Source: Octopus bimaculoides (taxonomy: Eukaryota). Taken from it: a stretch of 51,875 nucleotides of DNA. Numbering within the stretch: position 1 is the stretch's first letter; every line of letters starts with the position of its first letter. A program made the translations under genes and the position numbers. The notes below the pieces were generated by a model. It was not told where the DNA came from. It worked only from the letters and a program-made list of their open reading frames with translations, and did no database searches. Positions 37,667 through 50,224 of this stretch are shown here, in pieces. The stretch spans positions 79,254,598 to 79,306,472 of the forward strand of contig NC_068991.1 in assembly GCF_001194135.2 (NCBI RefSeq). Reading direction: 5' to 3'.

Positions 37667-40600
37667 CTGCTTGATATTCTGTTGCTTATTTTGATATACA
37701 TATATGTGTGTGTGTATGTGTGTATACATGTATGTATTGTGTGTGTGCACGCGCGTGTTTAGTTACTTTTCATTTATTTCCGTATCCTCTCTGAACGGTA
37801 TTTGGAGCATACCTTGTATAGAATGGCAGAAATATACACCATTATCATTTTCTGTCGTAGACGAGAGAGAAACAGCGTAGAATCATTGATGTTGGATTTG
37901 GAAACAGTACAAAATTAAAGTAACTCTTGCGTGAATACAAAAAGCACGAAATACAATGAATATATTACAAGAGTATTTTCAAAGCAGCATGAAGTCCACA
38001 GGTATCTATCTATCTATCTATATATCTGTCTATCCGTATACACACACACACACACACACATATATATAATAGCGGGAATAAAATATACATGTATATATAT
38101 ATATATATATATAGGAGGGAACAGAAATATATATTTGTGGATTTCTTTATATTTCCTGAAAATGTAAGCTTGTTGGTGCGGAATTCGTTTATGTATTGCG
38201 GTGTATTATTTTTCCAACTGTAATGTCACTCGAGCTATGCTTTCGTAACGTTGAGGTGTATAGAAAATACAGCACTGCTTGTAAATTTATTGATTATATC
38301 GATAAGTGTGAATCTGCTTACACTCGATTAAATTGCACACACATCATGCACACATATTAATGTTGTTGTTGCTGTTGTAGAGGTTGATTTCACTGTTTCG
38401 TTTTTATGTGAATTCCTGAAAGAAATCAGGACATATCGACCAGAATTCAACATGAGTCTTCCAGGATTGGTACGAGGGAAGAAGGAAGTTGGATGGTATA
38501 CTCAAAGAGGAAACCCTATCCAAATTCCATTTCTGCTCCTACTGAGCAATCCAGTTATTCTTTTGTTTTGTCAAAGAAACACTCGCACTATGTTTTCGTT
38601 CTTTACTTGTTTAATGTTCTTCCTGTTTTATGGCCATTGTCTGGAAATCCATCATTATATGTCTTGTGATCTCTTCAACGCCTTTCTATCCCACGTGACT
38701 CCTCGTGTTCTGTTTAGCCCATTTAGATTGGACAAAGAGTAGATACGTGGAGCGGAATGTCGCTGAATGGGTCACATGTATATGACGAAAGATTTCCAGA
38801 TAAAGGACATAAGAACAATAATAAACCAGTGACGAACGAATATATAGTGCGCGTGTTTATTTCGAAAAACATTTAGAAAATTAATCACTCCCAGAGCATA
38901 TTCTTTAGCATGTCATATGAAATACTTTGTGACGTTTCCGCCAGCTCTTTACCTTCTTTGTTTAAATCCCAACAACCTTTACTATTTTTCATCTTTTTTA
39001 GGCGGTTAAAATACTGTACCAACCATATAATGGGGACGATGTCGTCAAATTCCCCACACACATACGCATACATGCATATATCTTTCTATATATCATATCT
39101 TCAGTAGTCGCAGTTTAACGTCACAGCTGCTAATGACCTTCCCTTGGATGAATTAGCAAAAACACAATCACCTCTCTAACTATTACAAGACAAGGACAAC
39201 TACCACAGGTTTCTACAACGATTCCTATTCTGTTTATGAAGGATGTGCCCAATAATAGATAATAATTGGAGATTAATGAGAAAAACAGCGCTGTTTTTCA
39301 CCTTGTAATGCTACGCGACATTTGCATTATAAACACTTAATATTTAGCAATTTTCTGAGCTTCACACACAATGCTTGCATCTCAAATTCTGCTTAGTTTA
39401 ACATCCTCTCGAGTTTGCTTTCAAACATATACCCTTTCATTCAAAAATGAATTAGTTATTTCACACAAAAGAAAATTTTAGACACAGTTCATATATTGAC
39501 ACATGTAAGATGTAACATCTATTGGGAATAAGCACAAGTCATATTAGACAAAAGTATATGTTTAATTAGAATAGAATGATTTTTAATCTAACGTAAACCC
39601 AGGGGAATGAAGAATCAAGTCAGCATCTGTGACATGTATTAAATACTAAATAGCATCTTGTTGAGCTTTCGTGTGTTTCTGACATCTTTACGATGAATAA
39701 AATATTAATGATTCATATATTGCAAAGATCATACCACACGCACAGATTTGTTCTCGACATCACGTGTTTAAACGTTTCGTAGAAATTTAATTAGAAATGC
39801 ATCCGACAACACGTGACGTAAAATATTGTTTCAAGCGGTTTTGCAGAGAAATGGATATAAAGACTGTCATCGTTTTTATGAAAACTATTAGAAGCAAATC
39901 AAATATCTCGGAGAGGGTATTTGGAAAAGACGTTTTATATTCTAGAATGATTATTGCATATATAACATCAACGATATTCACCAATCAGCAGTCTTAATCA
40001 TAACAGAAATACACGGAATATTTTGATATAAACATTCAGGAATGTTCACAGAGAACGCGTAGTAATCGTATAGGTTAACACTGAGAGACAAATCAAGTGT
40101 TTTACATTCTTATTCAATCGGGAGAATGTATCAGAGCCCAAAACATACTCAGGCCATTGATACTATGACACTGCTACAGTTGATATTCAATTCAAAGACT
40201 TCATTATTTTCTTGGTCCTTATATTGCTTTTTAAGATTTAGGGTGGCATGCGAATGTTCCTAGGAAAAATTGTTTGCTTCCAATCAGTCTCGGAAAAAAT
40301 ATAAATCTCAATATAAAGTATTATTTAGTGTTGATCTCAGAAAAAAAAAGGAACTACATAAGAGTTTGATACGCCGAATCTTGAACAAACAATGATATAC
40401 ATTTACTTAGGTTATGTATATAATACAATTTTTGATGTGCAAACCCATCGTACTTTCAGAGATATTTGAACTGAAGTGTGAGTTATTTATGTACGAATAA
40501 CGAATATAAATAATCGACTGATCTCGGAAGAGTAAGCTGATACCAAAGTAGTTATCTATTTCCTTGACAGCAGTATTTGGATTAGTGACTTTCCACTTAT

Positions 40601-40714
40601 CCAGAAGTTTCATGCACAAAGGCGTTCAGAGCAAGAGAAAAAAAAATTAACAAAGAAACGATTGGTTTGATATCAAATGTCGCGCGTCTATTGCGTAAGT
40701 GAATATTTCAAGAC

Positions 40715-41035
40715 CATGTATTTGCCTGGGAGAATGAAAGGCAAAGTTCGCCTCGGTAGAATTTGAACTCAGGACATAACGACCGACGAAATGCTGTTAT
40801 GCTTTCTCCCAGCTTGCGCTTTTTGGCTTCAAATTTTGGGAGAAAGCTAGCAATTTTGAAGGCGGGAATAATTCGAATCTATTGACCTCAGTGCTTGAAT
40901 GGTACTCACTTTATCGACCCCGAAAAGACGAAAGGCAAACTCAACCTCGGCGGAATTTGAACTTAGAACCTGAAGACGAAAATACTGCCTTTTAGCATTT
41001 TACCAGCGCGCTAACGATTCTGCCCACTCGCTTCT
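40715..41035 (-). mobile_element. Two adjacent SINE family A copies (one partial)
   Basis: Two GAAAGGCAAA...CCTCGG(C/T)(G/A)GAATTTGAACT blocks, inverted relative to 50486-50680. Confidence 0.75.
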
Positions 41036-41046
41036 CTAATAATAAT

Positions 41047-41500
41047 AGAGTCGGAGACTTGCAAAATACTCTGGAATTTCCCAATCTAAACAGAACAGGT
41101 GCTAGAGCATAGCAGACCGGACCTAGGGGACAAGGTGCACCACATACTCTATATAGTTGACGTAGCATGTTCCTTTGCCCTACGAATAGTCAAGTAGGAA
41201 GGCGGATAAATAGATAGATAGATAGATAGAACCCTCTTAAGTACGAAATAGCCCGTCTATGGAAAATGAAGAAGATGAAGATAGTGCCAATTATTGTTGG
41301 ATCTTTGCGAAAAGTATCAGAAGTCACCAAAAGTGACATACAGAAAATTGGAATAGAGCGCCCAGTAGAACTGTTACGAAAGGTTTGCGACCTTGGCACG
41401 GCCAGAATAATCAGTAAAGTATTAGATAGCTAATACAGTAGGCTGCAGGTAGTAAGCCCGCTTCGCATGCAAGACTCCAGGTGATCCAACAAAATCTGTG
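41047..41500 (+). mobile_element. R4/Dong-like LINE RLE/C-terminal fragment interrupted by (TAGA)n
   Basis: KILWNFPI*TEQVLEHSRPD, then LKYEIARLWKMKKMKIVPIIVGSL...LLRKVCDLGTARIISKVLDS*; (TAA)n at both ends. Confidence 0.8.
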
Positions 41501-41519
41501 ATAAAGAGCTAATAATAAT

Positions 41520-41700
41520 AATCATACCAGCATGACTCAAAGCAATTGGTACAAATGAAAGGATGGAGCACCTAAAAATATCAGCATTACTTGGAACTGC
41601 GGGGTTCCTGAAGCATGACCAGTAAACAAGTGTCACCTTAGTCTGCTGGCTGTCGACAGCTGAGACTTTCCATCATACCCAGAAAAATAAGCTGAGAGTT
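41520..41700 (+). mobile_element. RLE LINE 3' end fragment
   Basis: LKAIGTNERMEHLKISALLGTAGFLK followed by UTR and (AAT)n. Confidence 0.6.
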
Positions 41701-41719
41701 TTCATCAAATAATAATAAT

Positions 41720-41905
41720 AACATTTTCTACTTAAGGTACAAGGCTGGAAATTTGGAGGGAGGGGACTAGTCAATTACATCGAGCCCTACCCCCAGTGTT
41801 TCACTGGTACATAATTTACAGATCCCAAAAGGATTAAAGGCTAAGTCGACCTCGACGGAATTTGAACTCAGAATGTGGAAATGATTCTGCCAGCTCACTG
41901 CCCTA
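41720..41905 (-). mobile_element. SINE family A copy
   Basis: Same organisation as 5544-5756. Confidence 0.75.
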
Positions 41906-42534
41906 ATAATAATAATAATAAGAAGAAGAAGAAGAAGAAGCGGAGGAAGAGGAGGCAGAGGAAGAAAAACAAGAAAAGAAATAGAATATATATTTTTTAC
42001 ACTCAAACCCATATCTCTGTGTATGCATTACAATCCTTCCTAGCGTGACCTTGGAGATAAGAAGTTGAAGTAAAATGAAAATGTCAGAGAAAACTTGATG
42101 GAGTATCCTTTACTTGCAAAAGAAAATACAGGATATTTGAATTGCCAATCTTACTGTTCATTTTATACTGCTACAGGAAGTGATTATATACAGTTTTTTC
42201 ATTTCCTTTTTCCTTCAATTATTCTTTCTATGATATATATTCTGGGGCAATTTATGTATTAGCCATATTATGCATTGCTTGTATATATTTCATTTCAAGC
42301 TGTTTTTTTCTCAAACTTAACTACCTCATATAAAGACAAATCTATTTGTCTACCTATCTGTCTGTCTGTCTCTCTATCGATGAATCTATCTATGTCTATC
42401 TATCGACGTATTTATCTGACAGCGTAAATTAATTTGTGACAAATATAATAAAGGTATGTATCTTCATTTACATATCAGTGTCTACATTGTTAACATGTAT
42501 TATTTAACTAATGTACGTACACAGCATTGATTTT

Positions 42535-42575
<41 letters not shown>

Positions 42576-42830
42576 GCACTTTAATTGAAATACAGTTTAC
42601 CCAAAATTAAACGTACCTAATATAATAAAAGTGAATATTAGTGTGTCACGCTATTTCAAAGTTAATCTTAGAGGCCGTAGCCTAACATATACCGTTTGGG
42701 AATCAGGCTGACTCAGTGAATAAATTTAAAACATCCGGGGCCGATTCAGGACCTGCAATCCTGAAATTTGGGATCCCTATGTTTTCATTATTGCGATTGT
42801 TCTCTGCGATATTTTTTACATGACTTTTAG

Positions 42831-42953
42831 CGACGAATATGTTCATCTTTGGGAAGCAACTGCAACTGGAGTTGCAACAGACTCTGGAGGAAGCAACTGC
42901 AAGAAATTCTGCAAGACAAGTCAGAGATCTGTTTGCAGATCTTCCCATTTAGG
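42831..42953 (+). other. Candidate 123-nt symmetric exon (unconfirmed)
   Basis: Acceptor TTTTTTACATGACTTTTAG, donor AGG|GTCAGT; unique, higher-GC sequence with two open frames. Confidence 0.2.
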
Positions 42954-43024
42954 GTCAGTTGCTTAAAAGCCACATATACGCTCTATATACTAGCTTAAAA
43001 GCTGCCCGATAGGTCGACTTTTTA

Positions 43025-43077
<53 letters not shown>

Positions 43078-43609
43078 ATATGTAGTAATGAGTGTTTTCA
43101 CAGATGCCGTTCGTGTAAGATAAAGTTTTGTGATATCTACTCTATATATTATACTCTGTAATCATCAAGTACAACAAAGGGAAGTCAAAATAAATTAAAT
43201 TAAATACAAAACTGTATTCATACAAGAAAAATGGTTATATTTTTCTATTTTGTCTCGCGATATCTTTAGACATATTGAAAAGAAATAATTTAATCTTATT
43301 TGGTGAACGGTAATACCCTGATAGTTGCCGAAGATGAATGCATTACAGGCGTACGTGACAGAAGCAGAACATTTTAATAAAGATCAATGGATTTATATTC
43401 AATAACTGTGATGAAAAATAACAATGGACTATAATAACACTGAAATGAACATAAATAATGATGATTATAATAATAATAGTAATAGATGATGATGATGATG
43501 AGAATGATGATAATAATAATGATGATGTAAAATCTGCAGCAGCTATAATAGGAAAATTATAATTATGATAATAATCATAATGATAATTATAATAATAATG
43601 CATTGAATT

Positions 43610-43780
43610 ATAGGTAGAAGGCCTGACATTTTGGTTTCTCGATTTATCGACCCTACTACTCTGGTGGTACTTTGTGTTATCGAACCGGAAACAACGAGAA
43701 GCAAAGTCGACTGTGGCGTCATTTGAATTCGGAAAGAGCAACTGTAAGAAATGTCTTTAAATTTCGTACCCGGCTTAGTG
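43610..43780 (-). mobile_element. Degenerate SINE family A copy
   Basis: TATCGACCC...GGTACTT...GCAAAGTCGAC...ATTTGAA blocks. Confidence 0.55.
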
Positions 43781-43834
43781 ACAATTCTGGCAACTCTGCT
43801 TTACACATCAACAACAACAGTGCAAAAAATAATA

Positions 43835-43883
<49 letters not shown>

Positions 43884-44005
43884 TTATTTTCACTATCCAC
43901 AAGACGGTGAGGAAGGTCGAAAATGGAAGGTCAAAAATAGAGTTACATGTACGTGAATACACGGGAAATAATAAAACTTAAAGCAAAGAAACTTTTTGCA
44001 AAGGC

Positions 44006-44257
44006 GGAGACCTCCAAAGGATATTCGGCGATCTTTCGTTTTGAGTACATTTTACGTCATTTCTAATCCACATGCATTTGTTTATGTTTCCGTAAGGGTT
44101 TTAGTGTTACGGTTACGGTTAGCGACGAAATTCCCTATCCCTAATCCTTTTACGGAAAGCGACGATCTTGTTCAGAAACATAAACAAACGCACGTGGATT
44201 AGAAATGACGTAAAATGTGCTCAAAACGAAAGATCGCCGGATATTCTTTGAAACACC
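44006..44257. mobile_element. MITE with 76-bp inverted arms and telomere-like centre (possible GG terminus, degenerate 8-bp TSD)
   Basis: 44015-44090 versus reverse complement of 44175-44250: 5 mismatches, all transitions. Candidate TSD GCAAAGGC / GCAAAAAC (6/8). Confidence 0.75.
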
Positions 44258-45175
44258 GCAAAAACCACGATCACATTGGCACAAGAGCAACCGCTCTTAC
44301 CACCGGTTGTCCTCTTCTCAGTCTATCCGGCTAATGGCGAAATCAGGACAGTTTACTCAGTCTTTACTCGCTATTCTCTTTTTCAATATATTTGCTGCGA
44401 GGCAGCACTTCCCTTTCAACCCACACTTTTCCCTTTCAAGTGAAAGGTGGCATCACTGATGCCTTCTTGACTAAAGAATAACTTGTCTTTGTTCAGCCAT
44501 TTCTGTCTCGTCTATCTTGTTTTATTCGCAACAAAGCCTTGAGATGTTGGAGAAAGATCAAAGACGAAATATATAAGAAAGCAACAAATAAGCAACATGG
44601 TGAGATTTCTATCACGTAAAACGACAAGATAAAATAAGCCATAGCGATGCATTAGTAAACAGTAAGAACACTATAAAGCAACGAAAGAACGAGAAAATAA
44701 CCCAAAACTAAGGTGGTTCAGGACACCCTTAACACAAACTCTGTTGCAAAATTTTGCCAAGCCCTCTGTCTGGCAATACCATTCAGCCTGTCTCTGTCTT
44801 CTCCTTCCCTCTCTCTCTCTCCTATTAATCTTGAGAGCCTCATGAAAAGTCATGGGGATAGCATGCTATGAAGTTAAAAATTAAAGGAATAAATAACAAG
44901 TTGACATGGCTTGACCTGAGATATATTCTGAAAGCATTCCGCCGTGTCCATAGACATTTCTTTTCCGTAACCAAGTTTTAATTTACCGAGACAAAAACAG
45001 GCGGTGAGTTGAACTTCAAGTGAGACTCGTGTGATTGCTAGATCTATCTTGTATATCATAAGTACTGTTAGAGGCAAACCCACAAATATGCTCGGCATGG
45101 GAGATAAAAGAGTGCGCTTGCGAGCACGAGTAGCTGCGATCTTCTGTTTGCAAGCGTCTACGTCAGTATGTATGC

Positions 45176-45219
<44 letters not shown>

Positions 45220-45739
45220 CTATGAACCTGTTTTTACATTAACATCGCTTGAAAACTCAGTAACTCATGTTTTTTGTCACGTGAAAATTAGATGTTAGCA
45301 AACAACTAAAATATGACAACTGATTCAATTAGCGAATGGCGTAAATATTGACGGTGACGATAATAATAATAATAATAATAATAATAGTAATACTACTACT
45401 AATAATAATGATGATAATAATAATAGCACTAATTTTATGCATAAACAATAGAAAATCTAAAATTAAAATTTAGTGTAGAATATGTAAACCCAGCTTTTCT
45501 TGTAATTGAATTATTAGTTGCTCATGGATTTGTTCCTCCATTATGTAATATTAATTTGATTTACTGTATAATGTCGCCGCCAGTGGAATATTGACCACTA
45601 ATGCTATTCATTTCTTTTCACTCAATATTACAGTGATCTCCTCTTTTGTTTAAAATAACTAAAATTATGGCATTGTTATCCTTCTTCTTCTTGTCATTGT
45701 TATCAAGGCAGTGAGCTAGCAGAATCTTCATTGCTCCCC

Positions 45740-46220
45740 ACATAATGCTTACGGCATACTCCCTGCACTACTCCCAGTGTATTCGCACGACCACTTTGTC
45801 GTGGAGTCTTTTATACTCCTGAGCTAATTTTGAGCATACACTAATTATATGTCCGTCTCAGATGATTTTTCACATAATCTACACAAAAATGTTTCTGCTG
45901 TCTTATTACTGATGCACTTGATTAGTTTAGTTTGTAAAGCAAGAATCAGTACTTCCGTTTCCTTCTTTATAAAATTGTGTCTTATGCATCAGCTTCATTC
46001 AATGTTTGTTGGAAAAACTTTCTGTGTAAGGCTTTCTCTTTTCCGTCGACTTTTTCTCTATCAATCCCCATATTTTACTCCTGGAATGTCTCACCATTGT
46101 CACTGAATACCTCACACATTCTTTCATCACTATTCCTCCCATAAGAATGCTAGGACTCGATCTATTTCACAACTCTATCCTCTATTCCAACAAGTCCTCT
46201 TCCAGCTTCATTCTGGGGTG
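45740..46220 (-). mobile_element. R4/Dong-like LINE fragment with CCHC zinc knuckle
   Basis: KKETEVLILALQTKLI...CRLCEKSSET/HIISVCSKLAQEYKRLHDKV, upstream PRNEAGRGL; frameshifts and stops. Confidence 0.8.
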
Positions 46221-46319
46221 AGCTAAGCTACTTTTAATAAGGAGGTACCTATGCGTAGCCGTTACTTTTCAGGTGTTTTTCTATCCCTGTTTTATTACAA
46301 TTATTATCATTAATAATAT

Positions 46320-46760
46320 TATTGAGTGAGAGAGCAGTGCACACCATCAAAGTGGCACTAGGGTACAAATATACGAAACAAAATATATCCATCATGCGTA
46401 CTCGTTTGATAAGGGTACAGCAGGCACATGCACCACAGCTATATGCGGGTGACATGGTGATCTACACCCATCTTTTGCACGGAGACAAAACATGCGCATG
46501 ATAACATTTCAAATCGTTTAAGATCAGAAGCAATGAGAGCCACTGCATGATTGTTATTTTTATTACTGAGTGAGAGAGAAGTGCATGCCATCAAAGTAAC
46601 ACAGGGGTAAAATACACGAAGCCCAGTATACCCACCATGACTACCCGTCTGATAAGGGCACACCAGGCACATGCATCACAACGATATGTGCGTGAAATGG
46701 TGATCTCATATCAAGATTAACAGCGTAGGACCTTGCAGATGGGACCCAGTTAGAATTCTG
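46320..46760 (+). repeat. Two direct copies of a ~190-bp interspersed repeat
   Basis: TGAGTGAGAGAG..GTGCA..CCATCAAAGT...GATAAGGG..CA.CAGGCACATGCA...ATGGTGATCT at ~46323 and ~46566. Confidence 0.75.
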
Positions 46761-47622
46761 CTCGTGATCAGAGATGCACATATCGTCAGCCACCAAGGGA
46801 CATGCTCAACTGGTTAAGGTCAAACAACGTACAAGCAAATCTGTGGTACTGAGCAGAATATTTGCTGTAGCCCATCTTTTATACCAAGTCAAATCAAAGT
46901 ACATAAAACTTCCAATCAATTCCAAAGTACATGATAACGTTTCCAATCAGAATCCATGAAAGCCACTACCTGGTATTGCATCAGGGTTATTATTTTTATT
47001 ATTATTATGTTCCATTAAGTGAGGCTTATATTGAAATATATTGAATGCAAAAGATGTGATTGACAAGACTGGAACTAAACTTAACCTATAAATATACTCT
47101 AAGAGGAATGCGCTCTGCACGAATGTGTAACTTATCGACATAACAAAAGTTTCCCCAAAATGACGAGTTACTGATCCCTACAACGATAAATTATTTGTTC
47201 CATATACACAAAGAGAATTTTGTAGAAAGTTTGTTCCCACATTGGGCCGGGTTCCATTGCGTGGTAACTTGGGCAACTCTCATCTCTTATAACCACGCCA
47301 GGCCACGCACTTGAGTTGTTACACGAAAGAAGTTTCTCATATATATATATATATATANNNNNNNNNNNNNNNNNNNNNNNNNNNNNNNNNNNNNNNNNNN
47401 NNNNNNNNNNNNNNNNNNNNNNNNNNNNNNNNNNNNNNNNNNNNNNNNNNNNNNNNNNNNNNNNNNNAAGAACAACAAGCCAGTGTATTAGTTTAACGCT
47501 CGGTGGAAGTGGAAAAAATCTTCTGCCTTCGAGCTACACTCTTCAAGAGAGTTAAAAAAGACGGAATAGTTAATGAAAAAAGAAACCACATGTTGAGTTC
47601 AGTGGTCCAGAATGTATGTATA

Positions 47623-47672
<50 letters not shown>

Positions 47673-47734
47673 TACATACATGATATATATATATACATGT
47701 GCGTACGCGTATGTTTGTGTGTGTGCGTGTGTAT

Positions 47735-47959
47735 GTGTTTGTTTACACTCCCGTAACTCAGCGTTTCACCGAGATGTGTCCGGTAAAATAAGTACCAAGC
47801 TTAGAAGCACAGTAAGTTCTAAAATTCCAAGGCGGCGCTCCAGCTACAAGAGGAGCGGCTGCGTGGTAAGTAGCCTGTTTACCAACCACATAGTTCCTTG
47901 GACAAGTGTTTTCCACTATAGACGGACACTGAAAGAAGCCCATTGTGTGTATGTATGTG

Positions 47960-48002
<43 letters not shown>

Positions 48003-48200
48003 GTGTGTGTGTTTATGTGTGTCATTGGATTGCAGCATATGTTGGGCTGCTCGCAGGAAAGGTTTTGTCGAAAAGATGAACAGCAGTATATACTTGTACT
48101 TCTTGTCCAGGAGTCTTTTGCCGTACCGCTAAGTACGGGACGTGAACAAACCCATAGCGGTTGATGCACAATGGTTGGAGCCAATCACAATCGCATACAC
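47735..48200. mobile_element. Cluster of SINE family B pieces (tail +, head +, tail -)
   Basis: CCCGTAACTCAGCG...GGCGGCGCTCCAGC; GGCTGCGTGGTAAGTAGC head; inverted tail at 48085-48200. Confidence 0.65.
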
Positions 48201-48817
48201 TTATAGATACACAAACAAATACATACATACATACATACATATTGTTACCGAAATGACTTCCGGTTCTTCCTCTCGCTTCTTCCCAAAGTAATTCATAAAA
48301 TCTTTTACAATAAACTGTTATAAATAGTAACCGGATTTTTCTTTATCAGAGTATATTCTACTATATTGTTTTCACTATTGTTACGACCTGGTGGCCATAA
48401 CCCGAATTTACAAACCTTGGATTTCGAACCTTGGACCTAAACATAAATATATGTAATGTCAAAGGAACCATTTAAACTTAAACGTTCATGTCACAAAACG
48501 GCTGCCAGACATACTTCAATAATTATAGTTAAAAAATTAAATAGTCAAACAAAAAAATCTTGGTTGCTTTAAATTCACGCAAAACTGCTTCATACTAGCA
48601 TGCTGAGTAACCATTAGACAAAATTTACAGGTAGTTGTCTAATACAAAAATTTGGCTACATAAAAAATTAATTCATAGACCCTTTAGCTATTTATACATA
48701 TTTTAACATCTATCTTAACAGAAAATAACTAGCAATATTACTACACTCCCCGCCACAAATGCAGTATTCAAAATTCACATAAATACTATAACATTACATG
48801 AGATTTTTTGTACTCAC

Positions 48818-48867
48818 CCAGATGTGAAACAAAAATTATTTAAAAATCCAAAAGTTCTGGCGAATTC
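48818..48867 (-). other. Candidate 50-nt exon (unconfirmed)
   Basis: Acceptor TTATTTTATGCTCCAG, donor TGG|GTGAGT; only phase 0 is open (EFARTFGFLNNFCFTSG). Confidence 0.25.
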
Positions 48868-49214
48868 CTGGAGCATAAAATAAATCCATAAATGCCTAAC
48901 ACAAAGTGCATAAACTAAACAAGAAATCACAGCTTCCAGAATCCAAGTGAACGTTGTCTCACAGAAAAAAGACTGTCGCAAAAACTGAGTGTACAATCAT
49001 CTCTGCTTATAAAGGTTTTCTAAGGTCTAGCCAATGTGTTACAGTTTCATAGTTTGGCTATTAACACCTTGCTTACCCCATTTTGACAATGGACTCTATC
49101 CAGACCTTACAGTGAAGTATGAAAAACTGTCTGGTCACGTGTTTAACTTAACAGTATCTGATAAAATGTTTTTATCGTTTTTAAGTTCCTAACAACACAT
49201 ACAAACATGACATT

Positions 49215-49256
<42 letters not shown>

Positions 49257-49436
49257 TATTTAAAAGAGTTCCAACTCTGTCTGTTTTTTATGTTTTATTT
49301 ATATTCTTATAAAATTAATGTGGGATATAGAATATGGAGTATATAATATAAATAGTAAAATGAAATGAAGTATTGAATGTCTTATTGGATATATGAAATA
49401 TTGAGTATTAAAGAGTAAAGATTGTTTTCCGACATA

Positions 49437-49497
49437 ACATTGCAGTCTCCAGCTGGCTATACGACACGATCTGTATAGACAACTGGAGACAATGTCT
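49437..49497. other. 61-nt imperfect hairpin (pre-miRNA-sized candidate)
   Basis: GTCTCCAGCTGGCTATAC pairs with GTATAGACAACTGGAGAC (16/18), plus ACATT/AATGT after a 3-nt bulge; 10-nt loop. Confidence 0.3.
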
Positions 49498-49977
49498 CCT
49501 GGGGTTAAATTACAACAACACTCGTCCTAAACCAGGACTGCCACATTATGTTGGCAAACAATCTTTACTCCAAACTACTGTTGCTGAATATCTCACGTTG
49601 TGTAATTTTTTAATATATATATTTGTTTATATATTTATATTTGTTTACATATTTATGCATGTTTGTATCAACAGAAAATCGCCCCGAGAACGTTGTTGTT
49701 GCTTGATATATTGATAACTGATAGCAGTGTGTGAGTAACACACATACGCAGAAAGAGAGGGATGAGGGTGGGGGAGGTGAGGGAGGGAGGTGGCAGTGCA
49801 GTAACATGAACATAGAGAGCATGCTTCAAAGATAAGGAGAGAGAGAAACGAAGTAGCAAGGGAAACAGAGAATAAAGAGACGAGCGTAAATAAGGTGGAC
49901 ATATCATAGGAAATACGAAATGTAGAACGAATGTTAGAAAAGATGTGAGAGAGGAAGACGAAAGAAAATACGTGTAG

Positions 49978-50024
<47 letters not shown>

Positions 50025-50127
50025 AACAAATATGAAAACATGGTAGAAGAGAGATATAGGAAAACATAAAGAACAGTGTAAGGAAGAAATGAGAGAAAAA
50101 ATGATAGAGAGCCCCAAAAAGAGAGAA

Positions 50128-50149
50128 AACCCTAACCCTAACCCTAACC
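50128..50149. repeat. Short interstitial telomere-type repeat (CCCTAA)3
   Basis: AACCCTAACCCTAACCCTAACC. Confidence 0.85.
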
Positions 50150-50224
50150 TTTATGACCTTGTGGTTTAGAGGTCAATCCCGCTGCCCAGGAAAGTGTTTC
50201 AGTGTTCAGAATGCAGCGGTGCAG

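Noticed and set aside
38440-38780. Several moderately long open frames (e.g. DWYEGRRKLDGILKEETLSKF)
   Set aside because: No recognisable motif, no convincing acceptor-donor pair, and three competing frames.
39745-39830. Minus-strand GAAACGTT with partial outer stem I
   Set aside because: The core reads CGGAUGC and stem II is unpaired; too degenerate to call a hammerhead.
42730-42965. GPCR TM2-like reading PYVFIIAIVLCDIFYM
   Set aside because: No following hydrophobic TM3, the frame is bounded by stops, and no other TM exons were found.
50128-50149. Chromosome end or telomere
   Set aside because: Only about three units with ordinary sequence on both sides; interstitial.
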